A stretch of 64,000 nt of DNA from an uncultured Rivularia sp. Lineage in GTDB: Bacteria; Cyanobacteriota; Cyanobacteriia; Cyanobacteriales; Nostocaceae. The notes below the pieces were generated by a model that was not told the origin of the DNA, did not search any database, and worked only from the letters and a program-made list of their open reading frames with translations. The stretch spans positions 2,624,001 through 2,688,000 of the forward strand of contig OY762007.1 of assembly GCA_963665115.1 (NCBI GenBank). The letters run 5' to 3'. This document shows positions 10,466-19,945 of this stretch, piece after piece (the first letter of the stretch is position 1; each line of letters opens with the position of its first letter). Both the position numbers and the translations under genes were made by a program.

Positions 10466-11266
10466 TCACAAATCTTCTGGATTAACTCCCAACTCTCGCA
10501 GCTTTGCGGCTAAACGTTCGGCTTTCTCAAGAGGTGTTGGTACCCAATTTTGTTGAGCATCATACCAGCGCAGCCACAAACCTTGCGTATCTTGATAAGA
10601 ACCTTGCCAAACTCCCAAACCTAGTTGAATTTCATCCAACCACACCTTTTGATCGGATAAAGTCATTTCTTGGAAACGAGTACCAACTAACTGAAAAACT
10701 CGCAGTTTATTAGTATATCTATCAAACACTACATAATAAGGAATTCTGAGAATTTGTTCGTAAACTTCCCATTTGGTTGGTGGTTTATTGACATCTCGCA
10801 GAGTTTGACCTAAATCTTCTTGTTCCGTACCGGGGGAAAGCAATTCAACTATCATAAAAGGAGCAACTCCTTCTTGCCAAATTACGTAGCTCAAACGTAA
10901 ATCTTGCTGTTGGTTGCTATTAGCTACACCCAGAACAGTAAACCAATCGGGACGCTTGTACCATAGCTGATGATGAACATCATAATAAATATTTAAATCG
11001 GTAGCAACAAAAACCTCTTCTTTTGGATAATTTGCTGGTTGAAAGGTTTCTCGCAGCAGTTGCGGTTGAAAAATATGAAATTCGTCAGGCAAACCAGATT
11101 CTCCCACATACTCGCTAGGTAAATCGTACATCGTGGGGAGGGTTTCTTTAGCAGGAAGAGGAGCATTGGGGTCAAGCTCACCGAACTCATCCGGATGTTC
11201 GCCGCTGTTATCGTACATTGTCGGAAGAGATTCTTTGGGAGAAGGAGGAGGATTTTTTTCGTACAT
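10466..11266 (-). CDS. Uma2 family (DUF820) PD-(D/E)xK-like endonuclease
   Basis: LPTMYDLPSE, GLPDEFH, RPDWF, VELLSPGT, KWEVYEQILRIPYYVVFD and C-terminal KAERLAAKLRELGVNP. Confidence 0.85.
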   Translation of the reverse strand: MYEKNPPPSPKESLPTMYDNSGEHPDEFGELDPNAPLPAKETLPTMYDLPSEYVGESGLPDEFHIFQPQLLRETFQPANYPKEEVFVATDLNIYYDVHHQLWYKRPDWFTVLGVANSNQQQDLRLSYVIWQEGVAPFMIVELLSPGTEQEDLGQTLRDVNKPPTKWEVYEQILRIPYYVVFDRYTNKLRVFQLVGTRFQEMTLSDQKVWLDEIQLGLGVWQGSYQDTQGLWLRWYDAQQNWVPTPLEKAERLAAKLRELGVNPEDL

Positions 11267-11331
11267 GGCTGCATTCCGTAACCTACTAACTATAGATTAA
11301 CGGATGCAAAGATAAATGGTAATCTTCAAAA

Positions 11332-12642
11332 TTATTTTTGTGCCAACCAATTTTTTATTTCTTCTACTAACCAAATACTCTCGGCTTTGCTAAATTCTTT
11401 ACCGAATAAATATTCCTGTTCTTTTGTTTTTATTGAAATAACCCATTTGTCTGTTACGTCATTTATATTATATAGATTTATATCTTCGATATCTTTAACA
11501 ATACCTCTATCGATTAAGTTTGTGTTTTTATGAAGTTCAAAAGTATTTTCGTAAAAAACAAGACTTTTTCTACCCTGGGGAATTATAAAGATTACGACAG
11601 TAAAACTTACAATTAATAGAAAAAATGCAGAAAAAGTTCCCCAAATTATAGCTGTAATAAATACACCCAGCACTAAAACTGTTGTTGTAATTGTCGTGAT
11701 ATCATTAGTAGCAAGACATGGATAATTAATTATCAACTTATCTAAAGTTTTTTCTAATTTAATCTCAGTTTGTAATGGTACTAAATTTTTTGAATAATAT
11801 ACTTGTTGTCTAAGCCTAACAGGGCTATCATCATCATTAACTATCTCCGATTGTAGTTTTTTCAAAGCTGTTTTAGCAGTATCAAACCGTTTCTTTAAAT
11901 CGGGTTCAATAGCTTTTCCCAACCATCTAATCAAATTGGAACTTAAATTTACTCTATCGGCAAATTGAATTTTAAAATCTTCTTGTGGTAAATCCGCTGG
12001 GGGTATTCCTGTCAGTAAATGAATTAAAGTAGTTCCCAAAGCGAAAATATCTGAAGCAGCAACTGCTCTACCACCAAATTGTTCTATAGGTGTATAACCA
12101 TAAGTTCCAACAACAGTAAAAGTATTTCCTTCAACTGCTGCTCTATACTGTACCGCTCCAAAATCAATTAAATATATATGTCCATCTTTACCCCAAATTA
12201 AATTACTTGGCTTAATATCGCGATGTAAAACTGGTGGATTCAATTCATGTAAATAAATTAGAATATCTAAAATATTTTTGGCAATTTCTTTAATTTGAGA
12301 TTCAGTAAATCGCTTTTCTTGTAAAATTAAATCCTTGAAAGAGTTTCCTCTAATATATTCTTGAACTAATACAAAACCTTGGATTGATTCATTTAGTGGG
12401 AAGTAATCGAGATATCTGGGAATATGAGGATGGTTGAGTTGTTTTAATATCTTGGCTTCTCTTTCAAATAATTTAAACTCCTCCCATTGAGTAGCTCCTC
12501 GTGTTGAGAACACTTTTACAACAACCGATTCGGTAGGCTTAATTTTTATATCCCTTGCCAACCAAACTTCATGAGCAATATTGTTTCCGAGTTTTTCTGC
12601 AATTTGATAGCGCTGTTGTAGAATTTGTCCAGTTTTCAGCAT
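11332..12642 (-). CDS. Hanks-type Ser/Thr kinase with two TM helices and C-terminal domain (copy A)
   Basis: VVVK, HRDIKPSN, DFG and GTYGYTPIEQ motifs; hydrophobic stretch after the kinase domain. Confidence 0.9.
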   Translation of the reverse strand: MLKTGQILQQRYQIAEKLGNNIAHEVWLARDIKIKPTESVVVKVFSTRGATQWEEFKLFEREAKILKQLNHPHIPRYLDYFPLNESIQGFVLVQEYIRGNSFKDLILQEKRFTESQIKEIAKNILDILIYLHELNPPVLHRDIKPSNLIWGKDGHIYLIDFGAVQYRAAVEGNTFTVVGTYGYTPIEQFGGRAVAASDIFALGTTLIHLLTGIPPADLPQEDFKIQFADRVNLSSNLIRWLGKAIEPDLKKRFDTAKTALKKLQSEIVNDDDSPVRLRQQVYYSKNLVPLQTEIKLEKTLDKLIINYPCLATNDITTITTTVLVLGVFITAIIWGTFSAFFLLIVSFTVVIFIIPQGRKSLVFYENTFELHKNTNLIDRGIVKDIEDINLYNINDVTDKWVISIKTKEQEYLFGKEFSKAESIWLVEEIKNWLAQK

Positions 12643-12942
12643 TATTTTAGCCTGCTTGAACTTTGTTTCTACTTATATATTTCCCAATTGAGGGAGTTAA
12701 ATAACAGATTGAGCAGTTATTTTGATAAAATAGCAAAATTACAGCCTACAAAAAACCTAGTAGAAATTAACGCTCAAATTGAATGTTGAGTTAGAGCACA
12801 ATTTTACACTTTTACTAAACATAAACATTCCTCCTGTGCCGTGAAGTTAACCTACAAACTAGGAGACGTAGTAGTGCTACGTCTCTACATTAATTATCTG
12901 TTAAACAAAAAGCTCCCCTTTTTTAATAGGGTTGGGGTGATT

Positions 12943-14277
12943 TTAAAATTTATTTGCTTCCAACCAATTCTTGATTTCTTGTACTAACCAAATACACTCA
13001 GCTTTAGTTAACCCTTCACCAAATACGTATTTTCGTTCTTTAGTTTTGATTAAGATATACCAATCTTCCCACATATGAAGTTTACTATATTTATTTACAT
13101 AATTAATATCTTTGATTCTACCTCTATCTATTATTTTTTTGTTTTTATAAATTTCAAAAACACTGCTATGAAAATGAAGAATAGAACGAGGTTTTGGAAT
13201 TGAAAGAATTATTACATATACACTTACTAACAATAGGGACAGCAGAACAATACTATCTATTCCTGAAGACGTACTAAATACAAGTACCAGATAAAACGTT
13301 ACAAACATTGCTAAAATTACAAAGAAAAGAAGGTCATCACGATAATCAAGACATAGATATGTAATTGTCAATTTATCTAATGATTTCTCTAAGTCAACAT
13401 TAGTTACCTTCGGTACTAAATCTTTTGAATAATATACTTTTTGACTCAGCTTAACAGAACTATCATCATAATTAACTATCTCCGATTGTAGTTTTTTCAA
13501 AGCTGTTTTAGCAGTATCAAACCGTTTCTTTAAATCGGGTTCAATAGCTTTTCCCAACCATCTAATCAAATTGGAACTTAAATTTACTCTATCGGCAAAT
13601 TGAATTTTAAAATCTTCTTGTGGTAAATCCGCTGGGGGTATTCCTGTCAGTAAATGAATTAAAGTAGTTCCCAAAGCGAAAATATCTGAAGCAGCAACTG
13701 CTCTACCACCAAATTGTTCTATAGGTGTATAACCGTAAGTTCCGACAACAGTAAAGGTACTTCCTTCAACTGCTGCTCTATACTGTACCGCTCCAAAATC
13801 AATTAAATATATATGTCCATCTTTACCCCAAATCAAATTACTTGGTTTAATATCACGATGTAAAACTGGTGGATTCAATTCATGTAAATAAATTAGAATA
13901 TCTAAAATATTTTTAGCAATTTCTTTAATTTGAGATTCAGTAAATCGCTTTTCTTGTAAAATTAAATCCTTGAAAGAGTTTCCTCTAATATATTCTTGAA
14001 CTAATACAAAACCTTGGATTGATTCATTTAGTTGGAAGTAATCGAGATATCTGGGAATGTAAGGATGGTTGAGTTGTTTTAATATCTTGGCTTCTCTTTC
14101 AAATAATTTAAACTCCTCCCATTGAGTAGCTCCTCGTGTTGACAACACTTTTACAACAACCGATTCGGTAGGCTTAATTTTTATATCCCTTGCCAACCAA
14201 ACTTCATGAGCAATATTGTTTCCGAGTTTTTCTGCAATTTGATAGCGCTGTTGTAGAATTTGTCCCGTCTTCAGCAT
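12943..14277 (-). CDS. Hanks-type Ser/Thr kinase with two TM helices (copy B, tandem paralog)
   Basis: Kinase domain is almost identical to 11332-12642; the C-terminus is divergent. Confidence 0.9.
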   Translation of the reverse strand: MLKTGQILQQRYQIAEKLGNNIAHEVWLARDIKIKPTESVVVKVLSTRGATQWEEFKLFEREAKILKQLNHPYIPRYLDYFQLNESIQGFVLVQEYIRGNSFKDLILQEKRFTESQIKEIAKNILDILIYLHELNPPVLHRDIKPSNLIWGKDGHIYLIDFGAVQYRAAVEGSTFTVVGTYGYTPIEQFGGRAVAASDIFALGTTLIHLLTGIPPADLPQEDFKIQFADRVNLSSNLIRWLGKAIEPDLKKRFDTAKTALKKLQSEIVNYDDSSVKLSQKVYYSKDLVPKVTNVDLEKSLDKLTITYLCLDYRDDLLFFVILAMFVTFYLVLVFSTSSGIDSIVLLSLLLVSVYVIILSIPKPRSILHFHSSVFEIYKNKKIIDRGRIKDINYVNKYSKLHMWEDWYILIKTKERKYVFGEGLTKAECIWLVQEIKNWLEANKF

Positions 14278-14360
14278 TATTTTAGCCTGCTTGAACTTTG
14301 TTTCTACTTATATATTTCCCAATTGAGGGAGTTAAATAACAATCTAACCTAAACTACAAA

Positions 14361-15590
14361 CTATTTGGAGACGGAGCTTCCCTTCATAGGTTGCCCAGCC
14401 GAAAATATAACTTTCTCCTCTTGCTTGCGACTCTGCTCTTGGAATCTAATCGATTTCAAATACCAGAAAACCACCACTAATGGCAAAACATATCTATCCC
14501 AAGGATATGCTTTTATCATGATTAAGCTATTAAATAAAACAATCAAAGATATTAAATTAAGCTGAGAGAAGCGGATGCAGGCTAATAGAGATAAACCGTA
14601 ATATAAGGCAATTGTTAGGATATTGTAAGGGAGTAAATTTGCAAGTTTGATAATATTACCACTACCAAATAGCAACGGCGGAAATACCAAACAATATAAC
14701 AACAAACCTGCTGCAATGAGAATTATTTTACGTCGCTGCTGATTGAAGACTTGAAATCTCAAACTAGTTCTAAATAAGATAGACTCTGGAATCACGATAT
14801 AGAAACCAACAAAACTCAAGAAATTTATTGCACCACCGGGTGTTAAAGCCCAGGTACTTTTTTGCACTTCTGGAGCAGCGCGAACTTCTAAGGCTGCTTC
14901 TGGTACTAATCCTTGAAATAAATAAATCCATGCAAAAATAGATAATGCTGCTATCAAAGGAGCTAACCATCGCCATTTTACTAAAGAGGAAATCCTACGA
15001 AAACCTTGAAGATTATTAATCGTGACAATAAATTCATAAGTTGCGATCGCGAGTGGGAAAGCTAACATATATTGCCGCGATGCGATTGCTAAAATGAAGG
15101 CAAAACCGCCGATAAGATGGCGCTTACGAACATAACTGACAAAACCTAGAATCACCCAAAAGCAGGCAATCATTTCGGTGTATAAACGCCCGCTTAACCA
15201 AAGAAAATAGGGACACAACAATAAACCAATCAAGCACAAAATAGCTCTTGTACGCTTACCATGACTGGGATAGCCGATGATAAAGACAATACTCAAAGAC
15301 AAAATTAGGTTTAGCAGTCTTCCTGTAAATATTCCTTGATGAAAGAGATATTCCAACGCGCCAAAAATAATGAATGGTAGAGGCGTATTTAATTCATTAT
15401 AATCTGTTAAATCCTCAATCGAAGGAAGTAGGCGATCGCTAAAAGTTAAGCTGGTTTGCCAGAAGGTTTTTTCATCATGCCAGTAAGGTCCTTGTAGGAA
15501 ATCAAGCCAGACCACTAATATAATGTATATTGCTGTAATGCTCAGTAGAAACAGAAATTTTTGCTTAGAATGGTCGAGTTGGATGTTCAT
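14361..15590 (-). CDS. Polytopic membrane protein, probable GT-C fold glycosyltransferase
   Basis: WHDE acidic motif after the first TM, then TPLPF, GRLLN, RQY and WDRY motifs, with many TM helices. Confidence 0.55.
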   Translation of the reverse strand: MNIQLDHSKQKFLFLLSITAIYIILVVWLDFLQGPYWHDEKTFWQTSLTFSDRLLPSIEDLTDYNELNTPLPFIIFGALEYLFHQGIFTGRLLNLILSLSIVFIIGYPSHGKRTRAILCLIGLLLCPYFLWLSGRLYTEMIACFWVILGFVSYVRKRHLIGGFAFILAIASRQYMLAFPLAIATYEFIVTINNLQGFRRISSLVKWRWLAPLIAALSIFAWIYLFQGLVPEAALEVRAAPEVQKSTWALTPGGAINFLSFVGFYIVIPESILFRTSLRFQVFNQQRRKIILIAAGLLLYCLVFPPLLFGSGNIIKLANLLPYNILTIALYYGLSLLACIRFSQLNLISLIVLFNSLIMIKAYPWDRYVLPLVVVFWYLKSIRFQEQSRKQEEKVIFSAGQPMKGSSVSK

Positions 15591-15807
15591 AGATAATTAA
15601 CGGTAATGTCATTGACTGTTCTCCATGAGCCATCAGTGGATAATACTTGTTACGTATATTATTTACTACAGATAAAATATAGCTCTCAGAATTTTAACCT
15701 ATTGCCATTGATATTACATAGAAAATATGTCGTTTAAAATACAAAAACTATAAATAAGAGCAGAGTGCTTTAAGCTTACATATTTCAGGTAATTGCCAAT
15801 AAATCAG

Positions 15808-15836
15808 AAACCCGGTTTTTCCAAAAAACCGGGTTT
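15808..15836. terminator. AAACCCGGTTTT palindrome family, likely terminator (relatives ~22192, 31579, 49710)
   Basis: Perfect 13-bp inverted repeat just downstream of the 15883 stop codon. Confidence 0.6.
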
Positions 15837-15882
15837 ATAAACGTTACAAATTATTTAGAAATACAATTGTAGAAAATAATTA

Positions 15883-18800
15883 TTAAACAATCGCAAAGTT
15901 ATCAACACTTAAACTACTAGCATTAATCCCTTGCAAAATCCCTAAATTAACTCCACCAACAGCAATTAAAGTATTATCTTCTTGTTGAGTAATATTAACA
16001 TCTGCAAAACTAATTCCCAAACCAGCAATTCCAATTACATCTTCACCAATCGTAAAATCAGTAATAGTATTGGCAGCGTCGGGAGTTTCAGCAACAGCAA
16101 TCCAAAATTGGTCTGCACCTTCACCACCAGTGATAACATTACCACCACCAGATGCAGCAAAGAAACGGTCGTTTCCTGCTTCACCAAAGAGACGAGATTC
16201 TGTTCCTAATACCAAAATATCATCTCCTTCACCAGCGTAAATGCGATTATCACCTTTATTACTAGTTGAAGCATCAATTAAATCATCTCCTTTACCAGCA
16301 AAAATGATTTTTTTATTACCTTCTACTTCGATCGCATCATTACCAACAGTTCCAAATACAGGTTCCGGAGTTGTGGGAATACCTGCTTCATTAAATTCAA
16401 ATGTGACTTCTGAATAGGGAGATGTCTCAGCTTCAAGTAAAGGACTATCCTCATTCTTGAGATATTTATCGAAGAAAGCAACTGTATAATCATTAATAAT
16501 TGTAGTTGCTCGCTCCGGTTGAATAGGAGCAATCAAATTATCTAACTCACCTAAATTAATTCCAGCATCTTTTAATTCTGTTAAAACAAGAGGTAAATCT
16601 ATAAAACTTTGATGATTTGTCTCCTTAATTTTTAGCTGATAGCCATCATTTTGTAAATTATCAAAAAATGATTGCTGTAATTCTGATATTTCCCCCACAA
16701 AATTTTCATTATTCATAAACATAAATGGTTGACTGAGACTTTCGTTAACTCCATTAAGAAAAAGTCCACCATCTAAATTAATTCCAGCTTTGAAACGTTC
16801 ATCTTGTAACAATGTTTCAGCAGCAGTAGCACCACCTAATGAATATCCTAGAAAACCAACATTATCTAAATCTAATTTTCCGTTCAAAAGTCCTAATGGG
16901 TCGTCACCAGCATTAATTTCCTCTAATTCATCTAATACAAATTGTGCATCTTCTGCTCGAATTCCCACACTTTGTTTAGCAAGTTCTATAAATTTCGCTT
17001 CATCTTGTGTATTAAATATGGGGGATTGACCTACAGTTCGTCCGTCCGGGAAAACAGTTAGAAGAGAGTCATAAGTATGGTTCATGCTGACTACAACATA
17101 ACCTTGAGAAGCTAATTCTTCTGCATTGATTGTATTGAATTCAGATGGACTTCCGAAACCGTGAGAAAAGAATAATACGGGATAATCGGATTCAGTTTCA
17201 GCAACCGCAGCATTGATAATACCATTGGTTGTTACTCCCTGAATTTGTTCTATTAATTCTTTCTCAGACAAACCAAAGTTGGATGCTAGCTCTCGACTTA
17301 ATTCTCGACTTAATTCTTCACTCAAATAAGCAGCGGTTTTTCCTTCAGAAATTTCGGTGGGATACCAAACCTTAACAGTTAACTCTCGATTATCGTCGGG
17401 GGTCTTCAGTATATATTTCTTCTCTTTCCAAATCTTTGAAATAATAATTAGCTGTTCCTACAGAATATTCACCAGTCGGTTCGGGGAAGGATAATCCAGA
17501 AGAATCATCGCTGACAAAATTATCTTCACTCAAACTTTCAGCATTCACATTTTGCAAAATTGCAATATCTGCACCATCTAGAGAAATTACAGCATTTTTA
17601 CCTTGTTGGGCAATATCAATATTTTCTAAATCAACACCCAAATCAGTAATATCAATCAAATCGTCATCAACTTTGAAATCAAAGATTTGATCGGTACCTT
17701 CATTTTGTTTCAGGACAAATACATCATTACCAGTACCACCATTGAGACTATCATTTCCCAAACCACCGGAAATCGTATCATCACCAGCATCACCCCAAAG
17801 TCGGTCATTACCAGCTTCACCGAATATCAAATCATTTCCAGCTTTACCACCGATACGGTCATTCCCCATTCCACCGTAAATAGTGTCATCACCACCAACA
17901 CTTCCACCACCGGAACGATTATTTAAATCTCCTCGTAAAACATCATCACCACCTTGACCAAAAATCAAATCATTACCCAATCCCCCAGCGATAGTATCGT
18001 TACGTTCTTCACCAGCAAGGGTATTATCAGCTTCGTCACCAACTATGACATCGCTTTCTTCCGAAACAATTCCACCAAACTTCAGAAATTTTTGTAATTT
18101 TTTTGAATCATCTGCATATTCGACATTGCTAATAAGTTGAAAAAACTTTTCTTCATCTACAGCATCATTATCAAGTTCCGCAAGTTTACTTTCATCATCA
18201 ATTAAAGCAATTAAATCAGCTTTATTGTTAATTCCATCAACTACATCAATTAAACCATTCACAAAATTACTGTCAAAAGAATCGAGCCATTCTTCAGTAG
18301 TAATATTATTATTAGGTTCGCCGAACAAAGTATTATTAACAGCAGAAAATATAGAATCCGTAGCTAACGTTAAAGATTGAAGGTCTATTTGGTTAACAAA
18401 AACGACAACAGTAGTATCGGTTTCAGGAAAATATTGCATTTTACTGATATAGCCAAAAGTTCCACCATCATGTCCCCAAATTTCTCCCCAAGGGGTTTGT
18501 TCTTCGTATACACCCAACCCATAGTCATCTCCTACTTGTACTTCCCTTTCATCAATATTTGACCAAGAAAGCATTTTATTTAAACTTTCAGGTGTTAGTA
18601 ACTCTCCACCAAATAACGCATCGCTAAAACGGGCTACGTCTTTAGTATTAGAAATAATTCCACCATCGGCTAAAGTAGAAGCAAGAGATGAAAATAATTC
18701 TGTAGTATCTTCAAAAATACCATCTGCACCCAATTCCCCATCTTCTGAAATTAAATCTCCATAACCCCGAACTAATCTTCCCTCTGGAATTTCATCACCC

Positions 18801-19429
18801 ACAAAATATGTATTACTTAATTCTAAAGGTGACAAAATTAAGCGATTAACCTCACTTTGATAAGAATTACCAGTAGCAGCTTCAATTAGCATTCCTAGCA
18901 AAAGATAATTAGTATTGGAGTAAAAGAATGATTCACCCGGAGCAAAATAAGCATCTTCTCCAGCAACATAATTTTTCAGAATTGCTTCCCTACTTCTATC
19001 AATATCAGCACCCTCAAGTTCTATAGCAAATTCATCTAAGCCAAATTGGGGGTTATTTGTATAGCTAAAAATTCCGCTAGTATGATTTAATAACTGCTCG
19101 ATGCTAATATCCTTAGCATTGGGAATATTATTAATAATAGAATCGGGTAGCCATTTATCTAAAGTATCTTCTAAACTGAGTTTTTCCTCTTCCAGCAACT
19201 TGAGAATAGTTGCTGATGTAAACGTTTTACTGATACTACCAATTTTAAATAAATCATCTTGATTTACTGGATTTTTAGTTTCCAAATTAGCAACCCCACT
19301 ACCACCATACCAAGTACCATCAGAAGTGATAACAGCCACTGTAGCACCGGGAATTTGTGTACTTTCCACAGCAGAATCGAGACTTGCTTGTAACTGTTGA
19401 GCTAGTTCGGGGGAAATATTTTGATTCAT
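15883..19429 (-). CDS. Fusion protein: beta-lactamase-like serine hydrolase + RTX repeats + PAF-acetylhydrolase-like alpha/beta hydrolase + RTX tail (~1180 aa; +1 frameshift at 17398-17402)
   Basis: SISK, YSN and HDG motifs in the first domain. FPEPTGEYSVGT...EDPDDNRELTVKVWYP reads through after removing one base. The second domain has FSHGFG, GYSLGG, NLDG and HQSFID. Confidence 0.8.
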
Positions 19430-19490
19430 TTTTTCCTTTTACCTAAAATACTTTCTGTAGTAAGTTAACTTTAAATATTCATGTTTCAAT

Positions 19491-19528
19491 ATTGTCTATG
19501 GTCATGTATTTTTATGACTAAAGTCATA
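19491..19528. promoter_or_regulatory. Palindromic operator pair
   Basis: TATGAC-TAAA-GTCATA (19513-19528) plus the imperfect ATTGTC-TATG-GTCATG 22 bp away, upstream of the hydrolase fusion gene. Confidence 0.45.
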
Positions 19529-19790
19529 TTGGTAACTAAGTAACAAATTGCTGGTATATAGATCAATTTTCGTCATATTTATAATTTACTCAAAGTACGA
19601 TTAAAAATTACGTTACTCCAAATTTCACATGGTTAAGTTTAAGAAATAAAACCTAAGCAGCCCTTTGAGTAAAAGAACAATTAAATATTTAATATCGTAA
19701 TTAGATTTAGATGAAAGTGTATTCAGACAGGATAATTTTTAGATACCAAGTTTCTAAATCTTGCCAAATTCCTAATAAACTACTTTAGTT

Positions 19791-19820
19791 TTTAATTTAT
19801 ATTTAATATTCCCTTAACAA
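19791..19820 (+). promoter_or_regulatory. Putative Pho box
   Basis: TTTAATTT-ata-TTTAATAT-tcc-CTTAACAA at 11-bp period. Confidence 0.55.
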
Positions 19821-19945
19821 ATAAATGGAACAATATTTTTCATGTTCCTCAGTATTTTTTCGGATAAAAATTTTCTGAAGACCTCAAGTTCGCTTTTATT
19901 CTGTTTAATTCACGTACAAATACTTAAAAAAGGGAACTATCATCA

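Noticed and set aside
11332..14277. Kinase pair as diversity-generating retroelement targets
   Set aside because: No reverse transcriptase or TR/VR pair with adenine-specific differences is visible, and the divergence includes indels across the whole C-terminal half.
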